Shown: positions 42,860-51,532 of the stretch, piece by piece
How positions within the stretch are numbered: position 1 is the first letter of the stretch
Layout of the letters: the number at the start of each line of letters is the position of its first letter
Source of the DNA: an uncultured Actinomycetota bacterium
Lineage (GTDB): Bacteria > Actinomycetota > Actinomycetes > Propionibacteriales > Nocardioidaceae
Length of the DNA: 64,000 nt
Direction: 5' to 3'
NCBI GenBank assembly: GCA_963784485.1
Contig: CAWARH010000006.1
Coordinates: 580,298 to 644,297 of the forward strand
The notes under the pieces: model-generated
The model's database searches: none
Seen by the model: only the letters and a program-made list of their open reading frames with translations
Told to the model about the DNA's origin: nothing
Made by a program: the position numbers and the translations under genes

Positions 42860-44170
42860 ATGCACAGCGAGAAGGTCACCTTCCCCGGGTCGAACGGGGT
42901 CCCACTGGCGGGCCGCCTGGACCTGCCCGACGGCCAGAGGAGGGCGTTGGCGCTCTTCGCGCACTGCTTCACGTGCAGCAAGGACGTGCTGGCCGCCTCG
43001 AGGATCGCGAACGCGCTGACAGGGTTCGGCATCGCGGTGCTGCGCTTCGACTTCACCGGTCTCGGCGGCTCCGGCGGTGACTTCGCCAACACCAACTTCA
43101 CCTCGAACGTCGCTGACCTGGTCAACGCCGCCGACTACCTGCGCGGCACCCACACGGCCCCCACGATCCTGATCGGCCACTCCCTCGGGGGGGCGGCTGT
43201 CCTCGCCGCCGCCGAGCACATCCCCGAGGTGCGCGCCGTCGCCACCATCGGGGCCCCCGCCGACACCGAGCACCTGGTGCAGCTTCTGGCGGGGAGCCGC
43301 CAGGAGATCGAAGAGGCCGGGGAGGCCGAGATCTGCCTGGCGGCCCGCACGTTCAAGATCCGCAGGCAGTTCCTCGAGGACATCTCCCACCAGCCCCAAG
43401 CCGACAGGATCGGCCGGCTGGACGCCGCGCTCCTGGTGATGCACTCCCCCACCGACGAGACGGTGGGCATCGACAACGCCCGCAGCATCTTCGACGCGGC
43501 CCGCCACCCCAAGTCGTTCGTCTCCCTCGACGGTGCCGACCACCTGCTCACCCAAGCCCTCGACGCCCGCTTTGCCGCCTCGGTGCTCGCGGCCTGGGCG
43601 AGCCGATATCTCGACGAGGACGCCCCACCGACCTCCACCTCCGCCCCGACCTCCGCCCCGTCGGAATCCTCGCTCACCCCGGGGAGCGAGCAGGGGCAGG
43701 TCGTCGTGTCCGAGAACGGTCAAGGACCCTACGGCCAGCGGATCACAGCCGGCCGGCACCTGCTCAGTGCCGACGAACCGGCTCCGGTCGGCCACGACAC
43801 CGGCCCCTCGCCCTACGACCTGCTGCTCGCTGGACTCGGAGCCTGCACCTCGATGACCCTGCGCATGTACGCCGCTCGCAAACAGTGGCCCCTCGAGAGC
43901 GTGAGCGTCTCGCTGCACCACTCCCGGATCCATGCCACGGACTGCGAGACCTGCGAGACCCAAGCCGGTCGGCTCGACCGCGTGGAGCGCACCATCGGCT
44001 TGACCGGCGACCTCGACGACGAGCAGCGCCGGCGACTTCTCGAGATCGCGGACCGGTGCCCGGTGCACCGCACCCTGCACTCCGAGGTCGACGTGCGCAC
44101 CTCCCTGGCCTCGGACGACTCCCTTCCCGGGGCCGCCGCCGAGCAGCCGACGACCGGGAGCTCGGCATGA
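42860..44170 (+). CDS. alpha/beta hydrolase fused to OsmC/Ohr-family domain
   Basis: N-terminal LFAHCFTCSKD...GHSLGG, and a C-terminal OsmC-like LLLAGLGACTSMTLRMYA...CPVHRTL. Confidence 0.75.
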   Translation: MHSEKVTFPGSNGVPLAGRLDLPDGQRRALALFAHCFTCSKDVLAASRIANALTGFGIAVLRFDFTGLGGSGGDFANTNFTSNVADLVNAADYLRGTHTAPTILIGHSLGGAAVLAAAEHIPEVRAVATIGAPADTEHLVQLLAGSRQEIEEAGEAEICLAARTFKIRRQFLEDISHQPQADRIGRLDAALLVMHSPTDETVGIDNARSIFDAARHPKSFVSLDGADHLLTQALDARFAASVLAAWASRYLDEDAPPTSTSAPTSAPSESSLTPGSEQGQVVVSENGQGPYGQRITAGRHLLSADEPAPVGHDTGPSPYDLLLAGLGACTSMTLRMYAARKQWPLESVSVSLHHSRIHATDCETCETQAGRLDRVERTIGLTGDLDDEQRRRLLEIADRCPVHRTLHSEVDVRTSLASDDSLPGAAAEQPTTGSSA

Positions 44171-46008
44171 GCTCGCTTCCGATCGGCGAGCACGCCCTGC
44201 TCTCGGACCGGCACTCGGCCGCCCTGGTCTCGTCCGGCGGCTCGATCGACTGGCTGTGCATGCCCCGGTTCGACAGTCCCTCGATCTTCGCCCGCATCCT
44301 CGACGACGACGCCGGGCACTGGTCGATCCGACCCGAGGGCGACTTCACGACCGAGCGCCGGTACGTCGCCGCCAGCATGGTGCTGCTCACCACCTTCCAC
44401 ACCCCCACCGGCACCCTGGAGCTGCGCGACGCCCTGGTCCTCGGCGACACCCAGGACCCCCACGCGCTCGGCGAGCACGCTCCCCACCTCCTGGCCCGGA
44501 CCCTGACCTGCACCAGCGGCCGGGTCGTCGCCACCATGACCTTCCGCCCCCGCCCCGAGTACGGGCTGATCTCCCCGACCATGAGCCCGGTGGACGGCGG
44601 GGCGGTCGCCACCGGCGGGGCAGCCCGGCTGACGTTCTCGAGCACCCTCGACCTCCAGGTGGAGCCCCACGGCTGCCAGGCCCGCTTCGAGCTCGGGACC
44701 GGCGAGCACGTCGGCTTCGCCCTGCAGCACGCGGCCCTCGGCGCCACGAAGCCGGCGACACGCACCGGCGCGGAGATCGCTGCTGCTGTCGAGGAGACCG
44801 TGTCCGGTTGGCGGGACTGGTCCGAGCTCCACCAGAGCTATCAGGGCTTGTGGTGCGAGCTCGTGCACCATTCGGGGCGCGTGCTGCAGGCGCTCAGCTA
44901 CCAGCCCACCGGGGCGGTCGTGGCCGCGGCCACCACCTCCCTGCCCGAGCAGGTCGGCGGAGAACGGAACTGGGACTACCGCTACTCGTGGGTCCGTGAC
45001 GCCAGCATGACCATGCAGGCGTTGTGGGTGGCCGCCTGCCCCGACGAGGCCTACGAGTTCTTCGACTTCATGGCCAGCGCAGCCGCCGGCTCCGGTACCG
45101 GCACCCACCGGCCGTTGCAGATCATGTTCGGGATCGGCGGCGAGCACGACCTCTCCGAACGCACCCTGCCCCACCTCGCCGGGTGGCGGAGCAGCGCGCC
45201 GGTCCGGGTCGGCAACGGCGCCTGGGACCAACCCCAGCTCGACGTCTACGGCGAGCTGCTGGACGCGGCCGCCCAGCTCCGCCACCAGCTGGGTGTCCTG
45301 AGCGACCAGACCCGCGACTTCCTGGTCGGTCTCGCCGACGCGGCAGCCGCACGCTGGCAACAGCCCGACAACGGCATCTGGGAGGTCCGCGGGGAGCCAC
45401 GCCACTTCGTCCACTCGAAGGTCATGTGCTGGGTCGCCCTCGACCGTGCCATCGGGCTCGCCGACCTGCTCGGCGCCGAGAGCCATCTCCCGGCCTGGAG
45501 AGCGGCCGCCGAAGAGGTCCGCACCGCCGTGGAGACCCGAGGCTGGAGCCCCGACCTCGGTGCGTTCACCCAGTCCTTCGACAACGCCGACCTCGACGCC
45601 ACCGCCCTGCTCCTGCCGATCGTCGGGTTCCTCCCCGCCGACGACCCGCGCGTGCTGTCGACGATCGACGCGGTTCGCGACCAGCTCAGCGACCACCGCG
45701 GCCTGGTGCACCGCTACCACAGCCGCTCCGGGGTGGACGGCCTGGACGGCCAGGAGGGCACCTTCGTGCTGTGCACGTTCTGGCTCGCGCACGCCCTCGC
45801 GCTGGCCGGACGGACCGAGGAGGCCACCGCCGTGTTCACCCGTGCAGCCGGCTACGTCAACGACGTCGGCCTGCTCGCCGAGGAGGTCGACTCCGTCACC
45901 GGCGAGCTGCTCGGCAACTTTCCCCAGGCCTTCAGCCACATCGGCCTGGTCAACGCGGCCTGGGCACTCGACCAGGCCGTCGCGTCCCCCACGACCCCGG
46001 GGGTGTGA
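44167..46008 (+). CDS. glycoside hydrolase family 15 (glucoamylase/trehalase-like)
   Basis: IGEHALLSDRHSAALVSSGGSIDWLCMPRFDSPS and ERNWDYRYSWVRDAS are typical GH15 motifs. ATGA overlap with the upstream stop. Confidence 0.8.
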   Translation: MSSLPIGEHALLSDRHSAALVSSGGSIDWLCMPRFDSPSIFARILDDDAGHWSIRPEGDFTTERRYVAASMVLLTTFHTPTGTLELRDALVLGDTQDPHALGEHAPHLLARTLTCTSGRVVATMTFRPRPEYGLISPTMSPVDGGAVATGGAARLTFSSTLDLQVEPHGCQARFELGTGEHVGFALQHAALGATKPATRTGAEIAAAVEETVSGWRDWSELHQSYQGLWCELVHHSGRVLQALSYQPTGAVVAAATTSLPEQVGGERNWDYRYSWVRDASMTMQALWVAACPDEAYEFFDFMASAAAGSGTGTHRPLQIMFGIGGEHDLSERTLPHLAGWRSSAPVRVGNGAWDQPQLDVYGELLDAAAQLRHQLGVLSDQTRDFLVGLADAAAARWQQPDNGIWEVRGEPRHFVHSKVMCWVALDRAIGLADLLGAESHLPAWRAAAEEVRTAVETRGWSPDLGAFTQSFDNADLDATALLLPIVGFLPADDPRVLSTIDAVRDQLSDHRGLVHRYHSRSGVDGLDGQEGTFVLCTFWLAHALALAGRTEEATAVFTRAAGYVNDVGLLAEEVDSVTGELLGNFPQAFSHIGLVNAAWALDQAVASPTTPGV

Positions 46009-46047
46009 GCCACGGTCGGAGCCACCGGGACCCGGTCGCCTCCGGGC

Positions 46048-47205
46048 TCAGCCGCCCACCGTTCGACCGGACTCGCTCACCGATGGCCGCCGAAGGGCGG
46101 GCGTGGACCGACCCGCGTCGCCGAGGTACGACGATGCGTCGCCACCAGGGTCACGCACCGCCCACAGCCCCTCGGCTGGGGGAACCACCACCCCGGTGCT
46201 GTCCCCGGGACGCAGGCTGGTCCCCAGCCGCGCCTCGACGTCCACTCTGAGCCTCGCTCTGCCCGGCGGGCCGTCGAGCTCGACGACCACGTCCTGGTGC
46301 GGGCCGGACTGGCGTACCTGCACGACCCTGCCGATGACGCTCGGCCCCCCGTCCAGGCGTGCCAGGCCAAGTCGTTCCTTGCGCACCAGGAGGATCGCAG
46401 GGCCCTCCTCCTGGACGGCTCCGGGAAGGGCGAACGAACCGAGGCCCGAGTGGTGTGCACCCGACTCGACCCTGCCGGGCAGCTCGTTGAAGCCGCCCAC
46501 GAGCCGGGCGACTGCAAGGGTCTTCGGGGCCGCATAGAGCCTCGCGATGGTGTCGACCTGCTCGATGCGTCCCCCGACGAGAACGGCGACCCGGTCGGCC
46601 AGCCCGGCCTCGTCGAGGTCGTGGGTCACCATCACGATCGTGGGGTCGAGGGCACCGCGCACCTCACCCAGCAGCTGGTGCATCGACGTGCGCAGGTCGT
46701 TGTCGAGTGCGCTGAAAGGCTCGTCGAGGAGCATGACCCGACGGTTGGCGGCCAGCGCCCGGGCCAGGGCGACGCGTTGCTCCTGGCCGCCGGAGAGCTG
46801 CCGTGGCCTGCGCCGGGCGAGGTCGCCCAGACGGACCAGGTCGAGGTACCGCTGCGCGGCAGCCCGGCTCCGCGAACGGCTCCGGCCACGGAGCCGGTCC
46901 GCGAAGGCGACGTTGTCCAGCACGCTCAGGTGCGGGAAGAGGTGCGGTTTCTGGAACATGACGGTGAGGTCGCGCCGCTCCGGCGGGACCCCCAGGACGC
47001 TGGTCCCGTCGAGCAGCACGTCACCGGACTCGGGCTGCTCCAGGCCGGCCGCGGCCCTGAGCAGGGTGGTCTTGCCGGATCCGGAAGGCCCGAGGACGGC
47101 GAGCATCTGCCCGTCCTGGACCTCGAGGTCGACCTCGGCGAGGGTCGCGTGCACGGCTCCGGGATGGCGGTGGGTGAGCGCGGAGAGCTTCAGTGCGGCC
47201 GTCAT
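46048..47205 (-). CDS. ABC importer ATP-binding protein (YnjD/PotA-like with C-terminal TOBE-like extension)
   Basis: Walker A GPSGSGKTT, signature LSGGQEQR and Walker B LLDEP. ATGA overlap. Confidence 0.85.
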   Translation of the reverse strand: MTAALKLSALTHRHPGAVHATLAEVDLEVQDGQMLAVLGPSGSGKTTLLRAAAGLEQPESGDVLLDGTSVLGVPPERRDLTVMFQKPHLFPHLSVLDNVAFADRLRGRSRSRSRAAAQRYLDLVRLGDLARRRPRQLSGGQEQRVALARALAANRRVMLLDEPFSALDNDLRTSMHQLLGEVRGALDPTIVMVTHDLDEAGLADRVAVLVGGRIEQVDTIARLYAAPKTLAVARLVGGFNELPGRVESGAHHSGLGSFALPGAVQEEGPAILLVRKERLGLARLDGGPSVIGRVVQVRQSGPHQDVVVELDGPPGRARLRVDVEARLGTSLRPGDSTGVVVPPAEGLWAVRDPGGDASSYLGDAGRSTPALRRPSVSESGRTVGG

Positions 47206-48017
47206 GCGGGGGCAGCCGTCCTGCGGCGTGAGACCGCGTAGGTGAAGACCGCCAGGGCCACGAGCGGTGGCAGGCTGGCCGAGAGGGCCAGGGTCGAGGT
47301 GAGGGCGTCGTTGCCGGACCCGGCCGCCGACGAACCGATCAGCATGGGCGCGGTGACGATCTGACCGCCACCGAGGAGCAGCGTGACCGCGTAGTCGCTC
47401 CACCCGACCAGGAAGGCGAGTCCGGTGGCGGTGACGAGTCCGGCGGTGGCTGCCGGGAGCGTGACCCGGCGTCGGGCCTGGCGCGGGCTTGCGCCGAGGA
47501 CTCGGGCCTGCTCCTCCAGGTCGGGGTCCAGGGCGAGATAGGTGGCCCGCATGGTGAAGGTGGTGTAGGGCAGCGCGAACACGCTCAGGACGAGAACCAC
47601 GGCAACCTCCTCCGGGATCCCCAGTTGCAGGATGACGACGTCGAAACCCATCGCGACTGCGAACGGCGCCAGCACGACCGGACCGAGCAGGACGATCGAC
47701 GGCAGGGCGGGTCTGCGTAGCAGCCGCCACCCCAACGCACGGCCAGCCCTCACCCCCAGCGGCGTCGCGATCAGCGCGACCGCGACCCCGAGGAGACCGG
47801 AGCGGACCAACGCTGCGACGACGCCCGCGTCGAGCGCCTCCTGCCACCCACGAAGACCGAGGCTCTGGGGCAGCCGCGCCGTTCCCGACCAGCGTGAGGC
47901 GCCTGCCCACAGCACCAACGGGGTCAACGGGATGCCCAACCAGAGGGCAAGCAGCGCCGGGAGCGCACCGCGACGCGTAGCGGCCCGGCCCGAACCCGGA
48001 GCGGTCGGCCGGCTCAC
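47202..48017 (-). CDS. ABC transporter permease
   Basis: EAA-like loop (LEEQARVLGASPRQARRRVTLP) and 6 TM segments. GTGA overlap. Confidence 0.75.
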   Translation of the reverse strand: MSRPTAPGSGRAATRRGALPALLALWLGIPLTPLVLWAGASRWSGTARLPQSLGLRGWQEALDAGVVAALVRSGLLGVAVALIATPLGVRAGRALGWRLLRRPALPSIVLLGPVVLAPFAVAMGFDVVILQLGIPEEVAVVLVLSVFALPYTTFTMRATYLALDPDLEEQARVLGASPRQARRRVTLPAATAGLVTATGLAFLVGWSDYAVTLLLGGGQIVTAPMLIGSSAAGSGNDALTSTLALSASLPPLVALAVFTYAVSRRRTAAPA

Positions 48018-48889
48018 CGGTCGGCTCCGAGTCGTCGTACGAGCGGAAGGGTGATGACGGCCGCCAGGAGGGCCAGCCCGGTGGCCACCACGGCGGTTGC
48101 GGCGGCCTGTGGTCGAGCCGCGAGGTCGATGTCGGTGAAGAGCCGGTAGGCCATGACCGGCAGCGGTTCCGGATAGGCGCGACCGAGCAGTCGGGCGACC
48201 TCGTAGGTGCCGAGCGCGTAGACGAAGACGATGAGGGAGGACGAGGTGAGAGCGGGTGCGGACAGGGGCAGCAGGACACGCCGCCACTGCCCTCGCGGGG
48301 CTGCGCCGAGCACCGCGGCGACCTCGCGCAGGTCGGCGTAGCGCCGTCCGAGGGAGGCGGTGACGACGAGGGCCACGAAAGCCGACTCCTTCCAGGCGAG
48401 CTCCAGCACGGTGGCCCACGGCCAGCGTCCCCCCACCAGCTCGGGCCACGAGGCGGCAGGAATCCCCGACCAGCGCTGGGCGAGCCCGACGTCGGAGAGC
48501 AGCAGCCCGGTCGCGGCCGCCCCCACCAGGTGCGGCACCGTCAGCACCGCGACAGCCAGGGCGACGACGACCCGCACGCCACCGCCCGCACGGACGACGA
48601 CGGTGGCGATGGTGAGACCGATGGTCGCAGCCAGCGCCGTCGCGGCGGCGGCGATGAGCAGTGACTCCTGCGTCGCAGCGCGCAGGTCACCGGCCAGCGC
48701 GGTGAATCCATCGGCGCTCAGGCGGGGCTGACCCACCAGGGGCAGCAGCCCGAGACTGGTGACGACGACGGCGACGAGCGCCGTCCCGGTGACTGCCACG
48801 ATCAGGAACACCGCAGGCGCAACCAGGCGAGCGCCCTCGGGCTGCCCGACGGCTCGGAGGTCGCCGCTGCGCGTGGGGTGGTGGGTCAC
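48014..48889 (-). CDS. ABC transporter permease
   Basis: EAA-like loop (LREVAAVLGAAPRGQWRRVLLP). GTGA overlap with the SBP stop. Confidence 0.75.
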   Translation of the reverse strand: MTHHPTRSGDLRAVGQPEGARLVAPAVFLIVAVTGTALVAVVVTSLGLLPLVGQPRLSADGFTALAGDLRAATQESLLIAAAATALAATIGLTIATVVVRAGGGVRVVVALAVAVLTVPHLVGAAATGLLLSDVGLAQRWSGIPAASWPELVGGRWPWATVLELAWKESAFVALVVTASLGRRYADLREVAAVLGAAPRGQWRRVLLPLSAPALTSSSLIVFVYALGTYEVARLLGRAYPEPLPVMAYRLFTDIDLAARPQAAATAVVATGLALLAAVITLPLVRRLGADR

Positions 48890-50127
48890 GATCCGGATCC
48901 GAGCACGGCCCTGCGCCAGCCATCGTCGAGCTTCGGAACCCAGGACGAGGCGAGCTCGGGGTTCGCGTGGCGTGAGAGGACGTCGTAGGACGGCACGACG
49001 TCCGAGGCCGGGAGATCGTCGAACCGGGTCCGATCGGCCTTGCTGAGCAGGTCGGTGTCGAGCACCGTGAACTGGCCCCAGGTGCCCGGGTCGGCCTTGA
49101 TCGCCTGCTGGGCCGGCGACAGGGCGAGGTTGGCCACCACCATGGCGCCCTCCGGGTCGCCGGCCGAGGAGGGGATGGCGAGGAAGCTGGCGTTTCCGAT
49201 GGTCCCCTCGTCCAGGGAGAGGACACGGGTGGTCGCCGGGAAGGTGCCCTCGTCGACGAGCTTGGTGAGCGTGGCCGGTCCGTACGTCATGGTCATGTCG
49301 ACCTCCCCGTCGGCGTAGAGCCGGTCCAGGGCCACCGAGTCGCGGGGATAGGTCCTCCCCTCGCGCCACAACGAGGGCGCCACGTCCTTCAGGGCAGCCC
49401 AGAGCGCCGGGGTCACCTGGTCGTAGGCGTCCGGGTCGAACTGGACCGGGATCTGCGCGTGACCGCCCGCGGTGCTGTACAGCGCCTCGCGGAGAAAGAC
49501 CGAGCCGGTGAAGTCGGGCGGGGCAGGGTAGGTGAACCGTCCGGGATGGTCCTTGGCCCACTGCAGGACTCCCGCCATCGACGTCGGCGGCTCGGCTACC
49601 CGCGCCGAGTCGTAGACGAACGTGAACTGTGCCTTGTGCCACGGCGCCTCGCAGCCGTCGACCTGGGTCCCGAAGTCCTGGGTGGCCAGGGCGTCGTCCG
49701 CCGCCACGAAGGTCATGTTCGGCAGCCGGGAGGACCAGCCGCAGCGCCAGGCATCGGCCTGCTTGCCGGTGGCGAAGTTGTCGCCGTTGACCCACACGAG
49801 GTCCACCGCGCCGTCCGTCGTGCCGGCTTGCCGCTCGGCCAGGAGACGGGTCATGGCGTCCTTGGTGTCGGCCACCGGGACCCTTCGCAGGGTCACCCCG
49901 AGCTGGGCCGCGGCAGGGGTGAGAACGTCATCGACGTAGGCGTTGCCCTGCTGGTCGCCGCCGTACATCCACAAGTCGACAGTCTGCCCCTCGGCCAGGT
50001 CGGTGATCTGCGACCAGGAGCGGTCCTCGGTCAAGGCACCTGCCGGTGAGTCCGGGGCGGCGCAGGCGGAGACGGCCAGTCCGAGCAGCGCGGCAGGGAG
50101 GAGAAGGCGGGCAGGGCGCGGGTACAT
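48886..50127 (-). CDS. ABC transporter substrate-binding lipoprotein (YnjB-like)
   Basis: MYPRPARLLLPAALLGLAVSAC contains a lipobox. A ggagg SD precedes ATG 50127. Confidence 0.75.
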   Translation of the reverse strand: MYPRPARLLLPAALLGLAVSACAAPDSPAGALTEDRSWSQITDLAEGQTVDLWMYGGDQQGNAYVDDVLTPAAAQLGVTLRRVPVADTKDAMTRLLAERQAGTTDGAVDLVWVNGDNFATGKQADAWRCGWSSRLPNMTFVAADDALATQDFGTQVDGCEAPWHKAQFTFVYDSARVAEPPTSMAGVLQWAKDHPGRFTYPAPPDFTGSVFLREALYSTAGGHAQIPVQFDPDAYDQVTPALWAALKDVAPSLWREGRTYPRDSVALDRLYADGEVDMTMTYGPATLTKLVDEGTFPATTRVLSLDEGTIGNASFLAIPSSAGDPEGAMVVANLALSPAQQAIKADPGTWGQFTVLDTDLLSKADRTRFDDLPASDVVPSYDVLSRHANPELASSWVPKLDDGWRRAVLGSGS

Positions 50128-50229
50128 CGGACCTCCGGGCAGGGAACATGTCACATCGGGAACACTTCGAGATGCTCAGGGACTTCCCGATACAAGAACG
50201 TCCATCTCAGCCACCAGTCAGGATGCCGC

Positions 50230-50895
50230 ATGAGTCGAGCTGCCCTCCTCAAGGCAGGCGCGTTGGTCCTGATCCTGCTGGGTGCCGTCGGCCTCGCCCT
50301 CTGGCTCGGGACCCCCGATGTCGAGGCGCTGCGCCTGCGCGTCGATGCAGCGCGGATGTGGGGGCCGGCCCTGTTCTTCGCGCTCTACGTCGGCCTGGCC
50401 CTGATCCCCTGCCCCAAGGCGCTCCTGACTGCCGCGGGCGGAGCACTGTTCGGCCTGTGGGCGGGTGCCGGGCTCGCCTTGGCCGCGGCCCTGGTCGGCG
50501 CGGTCCTCTCCTTCGGTCTCGGGCGGGTGCTGGGGCGTGAGGCCGTCGACCGGCTCATCCGCGGCCGCGTGGCGCGCGTCGACGCCCTCCTGGCTGACCA
50601 TGGCCTGTCGGCTGTCCTCATCGTTCGCCTGGTCCCGCTGGTGCCCTTCATCGCCATCAACTACGCCTCCGGGCTCTCTGCAGTCCGGTTCCGTCATTTC
50701 GTGCTGGGCAGCGCCATCGGCATGGTTCCCGGCAGCCTCGCCTACGCCGCGTTGGGAGCCTACGGAACCAACCCGTGGGGCCTGGCCGCTGCCGGATCGG
50801 CCCTGGTCGCTCTGGTCGTCGGCGGATCCTGGTGGGCGCGGCGGCTCGAGGCGCGCGGTGCCGGTCACCGCGCTCAGGACGGGACCCATGTTTGA
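50230..50895 (+). CDS. TVP38/TMEM64 (DedA-related) family membrane protein
   Basis: LIPCPKALLTAAGGALFG and FIAINYASGLS are typical of the family. Confidence 0.7.
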   Translation: MSRAALLKAGALVLILLGAVGLALWLGTPDVEALRLRVDAARMWGPALFFALYVGLALIPCPKALLTAAGGALFGLWAGAGLALAAALVGAVLSFGLGRVLGREAVDRLIRGRVARVDALLADHGLSAVLIVRLVPLVPFIAINYASGLSAVRFRHFVLGSAIGMVPGSLAYAALGAYGTNPWGLAAAGSALVALVVGGSWWARRLEARGAGHRAQDGTHV

Positions 50896-51529
50896 CGCAC
50901 CGGTCCGACGCGTTCTCGACCGACCCCTGTCTGGGGTGGCACAGCTCCTGGACCGGCCCTTCGTGACGCCGCACCGGCTCACCATGCTCGGGCTGGCGAC
51001 CGGGCTCGGCAGCGCCGCGGCAGCCGCAGGGCAGCTGTGGTGGTGGGCGTTGGGACTGTGGCTGTTCTCCCGCGCCATGGACGGGCTCGACGGGCCACTC
51101 GCCCGACGACGCAAGGCCCACGCGCCCGGCACTACCGGGAAGTCGTCCGGGTCGGAGGCGGGCGGCTTCCTGGACATCACGGCCGACTTCACGGTCTACG
51201 GCGCGACCGTGGTCGGGGTCGCCATCGGTGCCACAGCGCAGTACGGCGCCGACTGGTTGCCGTTCTTGCTGGTGCTGCTGGCCTACTACGTCAACGGCAC
51301 CGCGTTCCTTGCGTTCTCCTCCATCGCCGAACGGACCGGACGCCGTCGCCAGGACGGGCGCTCGCTCAGCTTCCTCGGAGGACTCGCGGAGGGAGCCGAG
51401 ACCATTGCCGTGCACGCGTTGTGGCTCATCATCCCCAGCCAGGCAGGGGTGATCGCCTTCGTGTGGGCTGCCGTCGTGGGTCTCAGTGCCGCCCAGCGCG
51501 TCGTCGCGGGGTTCCGCGACCTCTCGTGA
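50888..51529 (+). CDS. CDP-alcohol phosphatidyltransferase-family protein
   Basis: DGLDGPLAR...GGFLDITAD matches DG(x2)AR...G(x3)D(x3)D, but with a ~10-aa insertion in the spacer. 8-nt overlap with the TVP38 gene. Confidence 0.65.
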   Translation: MFDAPVRRVLDRPLSGVAQLLDRPFVTPHRLTMLGLATGLGSAAAAAGQLWWWALGLWLFSRAMDGLDGPLARRRKAHAPGTTGKSSGSEAGGFLDITADFTVYGATVVGVAIGATAQYGADWLPFLLVLLAYYVNGTAFLAFSSIAERTGRRRQDGRSLSFLGGLAEGAETIAVHALWLIIPSQAGVIAFVWAAVVGLSAAQRVVAGFRDLS

Positions 51530-51532
51530 CGG

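Noticed and set aside
43813-45939. 708-aa minus ORF antisense to the GH15 gene, and 20979-22937 antisense to the LAL gene
   Set aside because: Antisense shadow ORFs of GC-rich genes, with no recognisable domains.
46864-46884. RSRSRSR-encoding repeat with a 9-bp inverted repeat (CCGGCTCCG...CGGAGCCGG) inside the ABC ATPase gene
   Set aside because: A short low-complexity linker within a well-supported CDS, not a repeat element or regulatory hairpin.
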